64,000 nucleotides of DNA, taken from assembly GCA_044225365.1 (NCBI GenBank), contig JBGAIQ010000001.1, forward strand, positions 288,001 to 352,000, read 5' to 3'. The stretch comes from Planctomycetota bacterium (GTDB lineage Bacteria; Planctomycetota; B15-G4; JADJEK01). Below, in pieces: positions 26,066 through 35,917 of this stretch (positions are counted from its first letter, which is position 1; each line of letters begins with the position of its first letter). The translations under genes were made by a program, and so were the position numbers. The notes below the pieces were generated by a model. That model was not told where the DNA came from. It did not search any database and was given only the letters and a program-made list of their open reading frames with translations.

Positions 26066-27220
26066 TCACTTGTGGGTCAGGAGTTTCTTGCCGAGGACGA
26101 TCTCGGCGATCTGGCGGCGCGTCGGGATCGTGAGATCCCCAGCGAGCGCGGTGCCGTGCCCGATCGCGGCGATCGGGAGGTTCAACGTCGCCGGAAGGTT
26201 GATGAGGCAGCCCACGCGAGCCGCGATGTCCACGCCCGTGACGATCAGCGACGACGGGTGCAGCTCGGCGAGGACGGGGCCCTGCGTCGTCGCGATCGAA
26301 TCGTCGCGGCCGGCCTTCAACACGAGGTGGACGGCGACCTGACCGGCCTGCGGCAGACGTTCGCGCAGGGCGTCGATCGCGCGTCGCTCGCGCATCCCGC
26401 AGGCGGCGGTATCGATCAAGATCGTACGTGGTTCACCGAGAGTCTTGAGCCCGCGGACCAGGTCCTCGGCCCCTCGTGCCGCGATGTGCGGCACGCGGAG
26501 TCGCTGAGCCGTGCGCTGGAGGAGCGCGGTCGACTTCTCGCGATCGTCGAGGGAGACGAGCGCGATCCCGGCGCGATCGGGATTCTTCACCTGCTGGAGC
26601 AGTTTCGCGAGCGTCATCGACTTCCCCGAGCCCGGCGGTCCGACGAAGACGAAGCAGCGCGCTTTCTTGGTACCGAGCGGACCGACGCCGGGAATGAGCC
26701 CAGCGACGACGTTCATGCAGTACTCGCTCTTGTGCGGCAGGAGCACGTCTCCCTCCGAAGCGGGCGCTGCGGCGCACAGAGCGAGTGCTCGACGCACGAT
26801 GTCGTCGCGGACTCCCTGATCGCGCAGACGTCGTTCGATCGCGAGCAGTCGCGGCTTGGTGAGCGCTCCGATCGCCGGAGCGGTGGTTTCGGCGGCTTGC
26901 TCGCTCGGTGGAGCAACGAGGGGCGGCGCTTGGATCGCCGATGCATGGGCCTGGGTGGCCATCTCGCGTTCCTTGCGCTCGGCGAGGAGGAGGCGAACGG
27001 TTTCGTTCTGTTGCTGGAGATCCCGCCGTAGCAGCGCGATCTCCGCGCGCAGGCGCATCAGACCTTCGATCGGTTCCTCGCGCTCCACGTCCGCGGCGAC
27101 GACGCGAGTCATCTCGCCCTCCTGCAGGGTTTCGAGGATGAGCGCATGCGGCCCGAGCTCGTGGTTCACCTGTTCGAGGGCCCTTGAAACCGTTGGGGAG
27201 ACGATGGTCTTGAGGCGCAT
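26066..27220 (-). CDS. flhF: FlhF-like SRP-family GTPase (degenerate motifs)
   Basis: N-term MRLKTIV...ALEQVNHELGPHALILET; P-loop FVGPPGSGKS; ILIDTA; PIAAIGHG...GDL. Directly downstream of flhA. Confidence 0.8.
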   Translation of the reverse strand: MRLKTIVSPTVSRALEQVNHELGPHALILETLQEGEMTRVVAADVEREEPIEGLMRLRAEIALLRRDLQQQNETVRLLLAERKEREMATQAHASAIQAPPLVAPPSEQAAETTAPAIGALTKPRLLAIERRLRDQGVRDDIVRRALALCAAAPASEGDVLLPHKSEYCMNVVAGLIPGVGPLGTKKARCFVFVGPPGSGKSMTLAKLLQQVKNPDRAGIALVSLDDREKSTALLQRTAQRLRVPHIAARGAEDLVRGLKTLGEPRTILIDTAACGMRERRAIDALRERLPQAGQVAVHLVLKAGRDDSIATTQGPVLAELHPSSLIVTGVDIAARVGCLINLPATLNLPIAAIGHGTALAGDLTIPTRRQIAEIVLGKKLLTHK

Positions 27221-27223
27221 GGC

Positions 27224-29275
27224 TCACTTCTCCTGAGGCAGACTGACGACGGCGAGCGATTCGATCTTCTTCACGCCGGCGATCTCGTTGTAGGAAGCGA
27301 CGGGCACGTGCGGCTGCTCGTCGAGCAGCGTCAGCGCGAGCACGCGACGGAGGGTGGGACGGACGACGAGGACGGGACGGATTCCCTGCGACAGGGGTGA
27401 CTTCGCGGCTTCACGGACTTCCCGCGAGGTGACTCGCAGGAGGTGTCCGAGCTGATTGGGATCGTTGGAGAGATCGGCCAGGCGCTGCTCGAGCCCGGGA
27501 TCGAGCGAGATCGCATGGAGCGTTCCACGTTCGTCGACGAGCGAGAGCGCGATGCCGCGCGCGAGTTTCTCGCGGACGAACTCGGTGAGGACATCGGGAT
27601 CCTTCGTGCGACCGATGTGGTCGCCGAGACCCTCGAAGATCGGTGCGAGATTGCGGATCGACACGCTCTCGCGCAGGAGGTTGCGCAGGACTCGATGGAC
27701 CTCGCCGAGCGGGAGCGACGCCGGAGTGAGATCGTCCACGAGCGCCGGGGAGGTCTCCTTCAACTTCTCGATGCGCCGCTTCGTGTCGTCGCGGGTCAGG
27801 ATGTCGCCGGCGTGTCGACGCAGCGTCTCGGAGAGATGGGTGGCGAGGACGGCGGACGTCTCGACGACCGTGTAGCCCTTCGCTTCGGCCTCGTCGCGAA
27901 GCTCTTCGCGCACCCAGAACGCGGGCAATCCGAACGTCGGATCGCGAGTGGCGACGCCCGCGATCGACTCGACGTGCGACGAGGGAGGCATCGCAAGGAA
28001 GCAACCGGGCGAGATCTGTCCTTCGGCGACGACTTCGCCCTGGATCAGGATCCGATATCCTCGCGGATCGATCAGCGCGGAGTCGCGGACGCGGATGGGT
28101 GGCAGCACGACACCCATGTCCGTCGCGAAGCGTCGCCGCAGTTGGCCGATCCGCTCGAGCAGACCGCCGCCCACGCCGCCTTGCACCATTCCGACCAGTC
28201 GATATCCGACCTCGACGAGGAGACGATCGACATGGAGGAGATCCTCGATCTGCTCGGACTCGGGCTTCGCGGGGGCCGCGACCGGCGTCTTCGCGACGGG
28301 CTTCTTCGTTGCCACCCGATCGATCTTCTTCGCGAGGAGAAAGAACGAGATCCCGAGGAGGAGAAAGGGCATCGCGGGCAGGCCCGGCATGACGCCGATC
28401 AGCATCGCCGCCGCCGCGGCGTAGATCGCGAGCTTCGAGCGCGAGAACAACTGACTTTGCAGTTCCGACGACAACGGGTTCTCGTCGGACGATTTGGTGA
28501 CGAGGAGTGCGCCCGCGACCGAGACGATGAGCGCGGGCACCTGGGCCACGAGACCGTCACCGATCGTGAGGATCGAGTAGCGATGGGTGGCTTCGGCGAG
28601 CGACATGCCGTTCATGAGTCCGAGCACACCGCCGCCGATCAGGTTGATCGCGGTGATGATGAGGCCGGCGACGGCATCGCCGCGGACGAACTTCGAGGCA
28701 CCGTCCATCGCTCCGTAGAACTCGCTCTCGCGCATCAGCTCCGAGCGTCGCTTGCGCGCTTCGTCGCTGTCGATGACGCCTGAATTCAGGTCGGCGTCGA
28801 TCGACATCTGCTTGCCCGGCAAGCCGTCCAACGTGAAGCGCGCCGCGACTTCGGAGATGCGGCCTGCACCCTTCGTGATGACGACGAACTGCACGATCAG
28901 CAGGATCGCGAACATGATCACGCCGACGACGAGATTGCCGCCGACGACGAAGTTGCCGAAGGCGTCGATGACGCGACCGGCTTCGCCGTGGAGCAGGATG
29001 AGTCGTGACGACGCCACGTTGAGACCGAGGCGGTACAACGTGAGGAACAGGAGCAACGACGGGAACGAGGTGAATTGGCGCGGTGCGTCGGTCGCGATGA
29101 CCGAGAACATGACGAGCAACGAGAACGTGATGTTCGTCGCGAGCAGGACGTCGAGGAGGGGGGACGGCAGCGGGAGGATCAGCAGGGTGAGGACGCCGCC
29201 GACCGCGAGAGCGAGGAGCAGCGTCGCACGATCCCGCGACATGACGTCCATTCCGATGGCTTCGGCCTTGCTCAC
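27224..29275 (-). CDS. flhA: Flagellar export protein FlhA
   Basis: FVVITKGAGRISEVAARFTLDGLPGKQMSIDADL, FYGAMDGASKFVRGDAVAG, LTIGDGLV, DPTFGLPA.W. Confidence 0.98.
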   Translation of the reverse strand: MSKAEAIGMDVMSRDRATLLLALAVGGVLTLLILPLPSPLLDVLLATNITFSLLVMFSVIATDAPRQFTSFPSLLLFLTLYRLGLNVASSRLILLHGEAGRVIDAFGNFVVGGNLVVGVIMFAILLIVQFVVITKGAGRISEVAARFTLDGLPGKQMSIDADLNSGVIDSDEARKRRSELMRESEFYGAMDGASKFVRGDAVAGLIITAINLIGGGVLGLMNGMSLAEATHRYSILTIGDGLVAQVPALIVSVAGALLVTKSSDENPLSSELQSQLFSRSKLAIYAAAAAMLIGVMPGLPAMPFLLLGISFFLLAKKIDRVATKKPVAKTPVAAPAKPESEQIEDLLHVDRLLVEVGYRLVGMVQGGVGGGLLERIGQLRRRFATDMGVVLPPIRVRDSALIDPRGYRILIQGEVVAEGQISPGCFLAMPPSSHVESIAGVATRDPTFGLPAFWVREELRDEAEAKGYTVVETSAVLATHLSETLRRHAGDILTRDDTKRRIEKLKETSPALVDDLTPASLPLGEVHRVLRNLLRESVSIRNLAPIFEGLGDHIGRTKDPDVLTEFVREKLARGIALSLVDERGTLHAISLDPGLEQRLADLSNDPNQLGHLLRVTSREVREAAKSPLSQGIRPVLVVRPTLRRVLALTLLDEQPHVPVASYNEIAGVKKIESLAVVSLPQEK

Positions 29276-30357
29276 GCGGGCCTCCGTTCGACGCGGCGTT
29301 CACCGCGGGCCAGGCGTTTGTCGGTGCGGAAGATCATGGCGAGCATCTCGGCGACGGCCTTGTAGAGCGTGGGCGGGATCTCGTCTCCGATGCGGGCCGA
29401 CTCGTGCAGCGCGCGCGCGAGAGGAGGATTCTCGATGACGGGCACACCGTTCTCTTTCGCGACGGCCTTGATGCGCAGCGCGACGTGATCGCGGCCCTTC
29501 GCGACGACGACCGGTGCGCCCATCGACGACTCGTACCTCAGGGCGACGGCGAAGTGAGTGGGGTTCACGACGACGGCGGTCGCCTTCGGCACCTCCGCCA
29601 TCATCCGCTGCATCGCGAATTGCTTCTGGCGGCCGCGGATGCGGGCCTTCGCTTCCATGTCGCCCTGCGCGTCCTTGTTCTCCTGCTTCACTTCCTGCTT
29701 CGTCATCTTCAGGTCGTTGATGTGCTGACGGTGACGGAAGAACCAGTCGAAGATCCCGAGCACGAGCAAGGTGCCGCCGAGGTACTTGAGCAGCGAAACG
29801 AACATCGTGAGCGCGCCGCGGAGCGCCGCGTGGGGATCGGTATTCGTCGCGAGCGCGCGGAGCGGTGCGTTGAGAGCCACGTACGCCGCGATCGCCAGCG
29901 CCGCGAGTTTGAACACCGAAGTCCCGGTCTCGAGGAGACTCTTCGCGTTGACGAATGTGCTGAGGGCGAGTTTCGGCTGCAGCTTCTCGGGCTTGAATTC
30001 GAGCTTCTGGGGAACGAAGTGGAAGCCGACCTGGGTGAAACTGAGCGCCAGCGCGAGGACGAACAGTGCGAGGATCATCGGGGCGACCGCGAGCCCGCAC
30101 TCCTTCAGCGTCGTGAGGGGCATCACGGAGTCGATGGTCGAGTCGAGCGTGCCCAAGTCGAAGAGGGCGGCACCGAGGACGCGGCGGAAGCCGTCGAGCA
30201 TCCTCGCACCCACGTATTCGAGGGAGTACGCAGCCGTCAGCAGGATCACGGCGAACATGAGATCGGGCGAACGCACGACGCGGCCTTCTTCGACGGCCTT
30301 CTGCAGTCGCTTGCCGCTCGGCTGTTCGGTCCGCTGTTCCTTGTCCTGTTCGTCCAC
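29272..30357 (-). CDS. flhB: Flagellar export switch protein FlhB
   Basis: RTEQPSGKRL, LKMTKQEVKQE, autocleavage motif NPTH, ENPPLARAL. Confidence 0.97.
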   Translation of the reverse strand: MDEQDKEQRTEQPSGKRLQKAVEEGRVVRSPDLMFAVILLTAAYSLEYVGARMLDGFRRVLGAALFDLGTLDSTIDSVMPLTTLKECGLAVAPMILALFVLALALSFTQVGFHFVPQKLEFKPEKLQPKLALSTFVNAKSLLETGTSVFKLAALAIAAYVALNAPLRALATNTDPHAALRGALTMFVSLLKYLGGTLLVLGIFDWFFRHRQHINDLKMTKQEVKQENKDAQGDMEAKARIRGRQKQFAMQRMMAEVPKATAVVVNPTHFAVALRYESSMGAPVVVAKGRDHVALRIKAVAKENGVPVIENPPLARALHESARIGDEIPPTLYKAVAEMLAMIFRTDKRLARGERRVERRPA

Positions 30358-30387
30358 GTTCTCTTTCCGTCTTCGCCTTGGGTTCGA

Positions 30388-31149
30388 TCAACGCCTGGAG
30401 AGACCGTCGTGCAGGGCCGCCGCGACCGATTCGGAGAACCCGGACACCGCGGGAAGCAGCCGGGGCAGGAGCAACGCGATGACTCCGATCGCGATCATGA
30501 GACGGACCGCGAGCGCGAAGTCGAAGATGTGCAGTCGCGGCAGGGCGCGCGCGGCGATCGTGGTGAACACGGTCACCATGAACAGCGCCAGCGCCGCGGG
30601 TAGCGCGAGGGAGATCCCAGTCTCGATGGCGAGGGTCGATGCGCCGGCGATGTTGGCGCCGAAGCGATCGGGGCGGATGACCGAGCCCGACGGCAGGAGA
30701 TCGAAGGAACCCCGCACGGTGCGTGCGAGCGCGGCGAGCCCGCCGCCTTCGGCGAACATCACGAAGCCGAGCGCTTCGAAGAGACGCGACAGCAGCGGGA
30801 CGGGTTGGCCCGTCGCCGGGTCGATCTGGTTGGCGGAGTTGAGGCCCATCTCCTGACCCGCGAAGTCTCCCGCGATCGTCAGCAGATGGAAGACGAGCGA
30901 GAACGCGTAGCCGATCGCGGCGCCGATCAGGAATTCGAACGGGGTCGCGAGGAGGGCCTGCGTCGGGGAGAGGTTCACTTGCGCGGCATCGAGTCGCGCG
31001 GGGACGAGGATGAAGGCGAGACCCGCTGCGATGCCGAGCCGAGCGTGAGTGGGAGCTGCCGGTCCCGCCATCAACGGAAACCCGGTCGCCACCGCGAGGA
31101 CGCGGACGGCTGGGAGTACCGGGTAATCGGCGAGGAACGACAGGTTCAT
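30388..31149 (-). CDS. fliR: Flagellar export protein FliR
   Basis: Multi-TM; EFLIG, AGDFAGQEMGL...DP; position between fliQ and flhB. Confidence 0.9.
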   Translation of the reverse strand: MNLSFLADYPVLPAVRVLAVATGFPLMAGPAAPTHARLGIAAGLAFILVPARLDAAQVNLSPTQALLATPFEFLIGAAIGYAFSLVFHLLTIAGDFAGQEMGLNSANQIDPATGQPVPLLSRLFEALGFVMFAEGGGLAALARTVRGSFDLLPSGSVIRPDRFGANIAGASTLAIETGISLALPAALALFMVTVFTTIAARALPRLHIFDFALAVRLMIAIGVIALLLPRLLPAVSGFSESVAAALHDGLSRR

Positions 31150-31153
31150 CGAG

Positions 31154-31426
31154 TCAACCCTGGAGGTTGCCGAGCGTGTCGCGCAGCAGATGGATCGTGA
31201 ACTCGACGATCTGGCGGAGCATCCAGGGCGTCAGCACGAACGCGAGCGCAAAGGCCGTGATGATCTTGGGGACGACGGTGAGCGTCTGTTCCTGGAGGTT
31301 GAAGACAGTGGTGATCACGGCGAGGAGCAGCGCGAGCACGAGGACCGCGCCGAGGATCGGAGCGACGAGGCCGAGCGCGGCGAGCAATGTCTTCTGTGCG
31401 AGGTCGACGGCGGTTGCGATTTCCAT
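31154..31426 (-). CDS. fliQ: Flagellar export protein FliQ
   Basis: ATG 31426; LQEQTLTVVPKI...PWM. Confidence 0.92.
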   Translation of the reverse strand: MEIATAVDLAQKTLLAALGLVAPILGAVLVLALLLAVITTVFNLQEQTLTVVPKIITAFALAFVLTPWMLRQIVEFTIHLLRDTLGNLQG

Positions 31427-31448
31427 GCGTGTACTTCGCGGTCCCTTC

Positions 31449-32324
31449 TCAGGTCGGTGTGACGAACGAATGGGTGAGCGACCCGATGATGAGCGTCCAG
31501 CCATCGACGAGGACGAACACGAGGATCTTCAGGGGCATGGCGACCATCGTTGGCGGCAGCATGAACATTCCGAGCGCGAGCAGGACGGCGGCGACGACGA
31601 GATCGATGAGGAGGAAGGGCAGGAAGAGCACGAAGCCCATGCGGAACGCCGTGCGCATCTCGGAGAGGACGAACGCGGGAACCGCGACCGCGATCGGCGT
31701 GTCGAGTGGATGCTGCGGCTTCTCGGCCCGGGCGAGCTCGAGCGCGAGCGAGACGTCGCTCTCACGCGTCTGCGCGAGCAGGAAGCGCTTCAGCTCGAGC
31801 GACGCGCGGTCGCCGGCCTCGTAGACGCTGATCTTCTCCTCGAGCAACGGAGCGAGGGCGTTCTCGTGGATGGTCTTGAACGTGGGGGACATCACCGCGA
31901 AGGTGAGGAAGAGAGCGAGGCCGATGAGGATCGGCGAAGGCGGTACTTCGGGCGTGCCGATCGCGCGGCGCGCGAACGACAGGACGATGATGATCCGCGT
32001 GTAGCAAGTGAGCGTGAGGAGGAGGCTCGGTACGAAGGTCAGCACCGTGAGGAGGAGCATGACCTTGAGCGGAGCGGAGAGCTCGGAGGGCTTGCGGCCG
32101 AGCAGCTCGGTGAGGCTGTCCTTCGCCTCGCCGTTCTCACCTTCGATCGGATCGACGTGGCGCGGTGTCTCGATCGGCGCCGATTCACCCGGGGGGTCGA
32201 TGGGGCCGGTCTGCTGCGCGTGGAGCGGCAAGGTGGGGACGAGGATCACGAACGCGATCCACAGGAGGGCCGTGACGCGCCCGAGTCCGGATCGAATCGC
32301 GGCGGCGGGGTTCGCGAGGTTCAT
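31449..32324 (-). CDS. fliP: Flagellar export protein FliP
   Basis: TCYTRIIIVLSF.R.AIG, PAFVLSEMRTAFRMGF, PFLLIDLVVA, PLKILVFVLVDGW. Confidence 0.97.
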   Translation of the reverse strand: MNLANPAAAIRSGLGRVTALLWIAFVILVPTLPLHAQQTGPIDPPGESAPIETPRHVDPIEGENGEAKDSLTELLGRKPSELSAPLKVMLLLTVLTFVPSLLLTLTCYTRIIIVLSFARRAIGTPEVPPSPILIGLALFLTFAVMSPTFKTIHENALAPLLEEKISVYEAGDRASLELKRFLLAQTRESDVSLALELARAEKPQHPLDTPIAVAVPAFVLSEMRTAFRMGFVLFLPFLLIDLVVAAVLLALGMFMLPPTMVAMPLKILVFVLVDGWTLIIGSLTHSFVTPT

Positions 32325-32980
32325 CGGCGCGCGTTCCCGAGATTTCCCGCGAGCAGGTGATCGAACGTCGGCTCGCCCTCGATCGCCTTCTCCTCATCGG
32401 CCGTGGCGTCGAGCGAAGCATCGATCGAGCGCTCGAAGTCGTTCTGCGGGATCGACGCGAGGAAGTGGACTCCACGCTCCGAATTTCCGAGCAGGAACTT
32501 TCGGCCGTCGACGCGGACGAGATGGACGAGACGGCCGGCGCCGAGATGCAGGGTATCGACGAGATGGACCGAGCCGTTGCCCGGCCGAGCGCCCTTCGTC
32601 CGCTTCATCAGCAGAGCGGCGCCCGCGAGGAACACGCCGAGCACGCCGCCCGCGATGTACAGGCCACGCATGTCGGGGGTGAAGATGCCGGGCTCGCTAT
32701 GCGGCGCCGGCGGATCGTTCTCGGCGTGGCTCGGGTCCGGCTTCGTCGCGGCGTCGGACGGGGCGCTCGATCGAGATTCGAGAGCAGAGAGCGCGGAGTC
32801 GATCTTGTCGCTCTTGTCGCTCTTGTTGCCTTGGACCTTCGCGGCATCCGCGGAGGCAGTTTTGCCGAGCGGTTCGGTGATGAGGCCGATCAGCGCGCCG
32901 ATCAGGCAAGCCGATGCGAGTAGAAGCACGAAGCGAAGAAGGCCCTTCGGAGAGAGGCCGAAGCGATTCGGAGCCGGCAT
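32321..32980 (-). CDS. fliO: Flagellar export chaperone FliO
   Basis: TM followed by VHLVDTLHLGAGRLVHLVRVDGRKFLLG; directly upstream of fliP. Confidence 0.85.
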   Translation of the reverse strand: MPAPNRFGLSPKGLLRFVLLLASACLIGALIGLITEPLGKTASADAAKVQGNKSDKSDKIDSALSALESRSSAPSDAATKPDPSHAENDPPAPHSEPGIFTPDMRGLYIAGGVLGVFLAGAALLMKRTKGARPGNGSVHLVDTLHLGAGRLVHLVRVDGRKFLLGNSERGVHFLASIPQNDFERSIDASLDATADEEKAIEGEPTFDHLLAGNLGNARR

Positions 32981-33118
32981 GTGCGACCGTGTCTCTTTTC
33001 AGGAACGGTCGTGGACATCCATCGTCCGCGGAGCGTTCCGTGGACTCTGGTCGGCAAGAATGGCATCGGGTCTTTACCCGTTCAGGAAGTTTTTTCCGGC
33101 GCTCCTCGAATTCCAACC

Positions 33119-33472
33119 TCAGGACGAGAGGTCGAGATGCGCCCCGACGACCTGGTCGTCGGCGAGGACATCGGGATCGAGGCGCATCAGTTCACAGCGG
33201 ACCTTGTCGCGTTCGTCGAGCATCTCCTCGAGCAGGCGGCGCGTGACGACGCCTGTCTTGTCGATCTCGGCGCGAACCGCGGGATGGGCTCCGTTCGTCG
33301 ATTCGGACCGCGCGAGCAGCCAGGTGGCGTGTTCGAGCCGGTCGAGCGCGGCGGCGACGGCATCGAGATCCTCGGCCGAGGCGACCACGAGCGCCGTGGA
33401 GGCCTCGCGCATCGCGAGGATGACCTCAGACGGAGACGGTGTGTTGCTCTGCGCCGGCTGCGAGGATGACAT
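33119..33472 (-). CDS. Small helical protein after fliS (FliT-like position)
   Basis: Helical 97-117 aa ORF (alternative start 33412) ending HLDLSS; fliD-fliS-X synteny. Confidence 0.45.
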   Translation of the reverse strand: MSSSQPAQSNTPSPSEVILAMREASTALVVASAEDLDAVAAALDRLEHATWLLARSESTNGAHPAVRAEIDKTGVVTRRLLEEMLDERDKVRCELMRLDPDVLADDQVVGAHLDLSS

Positions 33473-33827
33473 CGAATCCCTCCTTGATCTTCTTCATGAG
33501 TTCGGCCGCCGTCGAGAGCGCGGCGAGATCCGGTGCGACGCCCGGCTTCAGCAGATTCGCGAGCATGAACTCGTAGAGACTGCCGAGGTTCTCGGCGATC
33601 TCGCCACCGGTGTTGCGATCGAGCGCGCCCAGCAACTCGCAGACGATCGCGCGCGCCGTGTTGAGATGAGTGCGATATCCCGCGAGATCGCGGGCCTCGA
33701 CCGCCCGTCGCGCGCGTTCGGCGCGATTCAAGAACCCGTTCATCGTCAGTACGACGAGTCGAAGTGGTGACGCCGTGAGGACGTCGTCGCGCCGGTAGGC
33801 GGCGCTGCCCATCATGTTGTAGCTCAT
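33426..33827 (-). CDS. fliS: Flagellin chaperone FliS
   Basis: AYRRDDVLTASPLRLVVL, ELLGALD...GGEIAENLGSLYEFM. Confidence 0.93.
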   Translation of the reverse strand: MSYNMMGSAAYRRDDVLTASPLRLVVLTMNGFLNRAERARRAVEARDLAGYRTHLNTARAIVCELLGALDRNTGGEIAENLGSLYEFMLANLLKPGVAPDLAALSTAAELMKKIKEGFDVILAAGAEQHTVSV

Positions 33828-33834
33828 GGTCTCC

Positions 33835-35715
33835 TCAGCCCGTGCCGATCTTGACGGCGGCGATGTAGCTCTGCTGCTCTTGCAGCCTTCCGATGATCTG
33901 TTCGAGTGCCGTGAAGCGCTTGCGCAGCAACTCTTCGTACTGGTCGTTGCGCTTCGTGAGTTCGTCGATGCGATCGCTGATGTTGTCGATGTTCTTGCCG
34001 AGGCCGTCGACTCGCGCCGCGATCGGACCGGAGACCGAGGCGAGGACGTTCGTGAGCCGGGCTTTCAGCTTGACGAAGAAACCGTCGGCGCCGAGCGTGA
34101 GCTTCGAGTTCGCGGGCACGGTCGTGCCGGTGTAGCGGAACTCCAGGCCCTTGTAGTCGCTCGTCGAAGTTCCCTTCAACTGCTGCCCGTCCCCGGTGAG
34201 CGCCACGCCGTTGATCGTTCCCGCGGCATCGACGCCTGCGGCATTCACGAGCGTGGTACCGACACCTGACGTTCCAGCACCAGCGGCGACGTTCGATTGG
34301 ACGGAGAACCCGTACTTCGAGCCGAAGGCCGACGCCGTGAACTTGAGGCTGCCGCCGCTGTCCGTGACGTTCAGCGTGAACTTCGCCTTCTGGAGATCGG
34401 TCTGGATCTTCGTCACGGCGTTGGCGAGAGTCGTTCCCGCCGCCAGCGTGATGTCGACGGTCTTGCCGTTCTGCTTGAAGGTGAGCTTCTCCTCTTGCGC
34501 GAGAGTGGCATACGCGGCGCCCGCGGTCGTCGTGGCCTTCGTCGCGACCTGTGTGACCTGGACGTTGTACGTGCCCGAACCCAGGTTGGTCGGCGGCGTG
34601 TAGAGCGTGAAACCGTCGGTGTCGAAGGACTTCCCGAGCTTCGTCATCAGGTTGGTGACGCCGTCGAGGTTGCTCTTCGCCGCGGTCTCGAACTTCGTCT
34701 TGTCGAAGTTGAGCGTGCCGTCCTTGTCCAGGCTGATGCCGATCGAGGCGAGAGTGCTGTTCGAACCGCCGGGCAGGCTCCCCGCCGTCGTGAGCTGGAG
34801 CAAGCCGTTCTTGATGTTCCGCACCGTCGATTCGCCGTTGAACCAGCCGCCCTGGTTGTTCACGGCGGCGATCTGACTGTTGATGAAGCTGACGAGGTCC
34901 GACTGGGAGTCGACGTACTTCTGGATCTTGGTCTCGATCGCGCCGTAGTCGGGATTCAGCGTCACCGTTACGGGGGAGGCGTTCTGGGAGAGGAGATTGA
35001 GCGTCACGCCGGGAACCACGTCGGAAACGACGTTCGACTGGCGGGTGAGCGTGAGACCGTTGATCGAGATCGAGGCGTTCGCGGCGCCCTGGGTCTGACC
35101 GAGTGCGAGCGTCCCGGTGAACGCGGTCGCATCGATCGTGAACGCGTTGTCGGTCCCGGTCTTGTTCGACTGCAGGACGAGCTTGTAGGGCGTGGTGCCC
35201 GTTCCTTCCGACACGATCGTCGCGGTGACGCCGAACTTGGCGTCGTTGATCGCGTCGCGAACCTTCTCGAGCGTGTCCTTGCCCGAGGCGATCGAGATCG
35301 TCGTCGTGGTCGAGCCGATCGTGAACTTGAGGTCGCCCGTGCCGGCCGAGGTCGTCGTGTAGTCGGCGAATCCGGCGCTCGTGCTCACCTGCGCCTTCGC
35401 GAGCGCGTTCACCGCGACGTTGAAGGAGCCGGCCGCCGCAGAACCGCTGGCCGTGGCAGTCAGGATGTTCGTGTTGCTCGAGGTGGCCGAGAACGACAGG
35501 AGGTCCGTGGACTTCGCGATGTCGGAAACCGTGTCCTGGAGGGTCTGGAGCTTTCCCCGAAGCTGTTCGTAGCGCTGCTTCAGACCGGCGAACTGCGAAG
35601 CCTTGTTCTGGAGGAGATCGATCGGCTTCTTGTTGATCGCCGAGAGGGCGGCGATGATCGCCTTGGTGTCGAGGCCGGACGCGATGCCGCCGAAAGAGAT
35701 GGTAGGTTCGGCCAT
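33835..35715 (-). CDS. fliD: Flagellar filament cap FliD
   Basis: ATG 35715; ISFGGIASGLDT, VNALAKAQ, SNVVSDVVPGVTLNL, LASIGISLDKDGTLNFD, LRKRFTALE. Confidence 0.95.
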   Translation of the reverse strand: MAEPTISFGGIASGLDTKAIIAALSAINKKPIDLLQNKASQFAGLKQRYEQLRGKLQTLQDTVSDIAKSTDLLSFSATSSNTNILTATASGSAAAGSFNVAVNALAKAQVSTSAGFADYTTTSAGTGDLKFTIGSTTTTISIASGKDTLEKVRDAINDAKFGVTATIVSEGTGTTPYKLVLQSNKTGTDNAFTIDATAFTGTLALGQTQGAANASISINGLTLTRQSNVVSDVVPGVTLNLLSQNASPVTVTLNPDYGAIETKIQKYVDSQSDLVSFINSQIAAVNNQGGWFNGESTVRNIKNGLLQLTTAGSLPGGSNSTLASIGISLDKDGTLNFDKTKFETAAKSNLDGVTNLMTKLGKSFDTDGFTLYTPPTNLGSGTYNVQVTQVATKATTTAGAAYATLAQEEKLTFKQNGKTVDITLAAGTTLANAVTKIQTDLQKAKFTLNVTDSGGSLKFTASAFGSKYGFSVQSNVAAGAGTSGVGTTLVNAAGVDAAGTINGVALTGDGQQLKGTSTSDYKGLEFRYTGTTVPANSKLTLGADGFFVKLKARLTNVLASVSGPIAARVDGLGKNIDNISDRIDELTKRNDQYEELLRKRFTALEQIIGRLQEQQSYIAAVKIGTG

Positions 35716-35849
35716 GGGGAGACTTTCCAGTGGAGGGGCCTGCGGCGATGCGGGCGATTTCGAACTTCGAGGCGCGTCGCCTCGGATGCTTCTTCCCATC
35801 GAGCGCCATCCACCGGTGCCCTCGCGGGCTGCGCTCGAGAGATCCGCGA

Positions 35850-35907
35850 GCCGGCGCGAAGAACTCGCGCCGGCCCACGGATGCGGCTCGTGATCGGATC
35901 ACGAGCC
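35850..35907. terminator. Two GC-rich hairpins between fliC and fliD
   Basis: gccggcgcga-agaac-tcgcgccggc (35850-35874) and ggctcgtgatc-g-gatcacgagcc (35885-35907), just downstream of the fliC stop. Confidence 0.55.
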
Positions 35908-35917
35908 TCGCGGTCGA

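Noticed and set aside
33053-33070. Sigma-54 promoter upstream of fliO
   Set aside because: The minus strand reads CGATGCCATTCTTGC, with GA in place of the invariant -24 GG.
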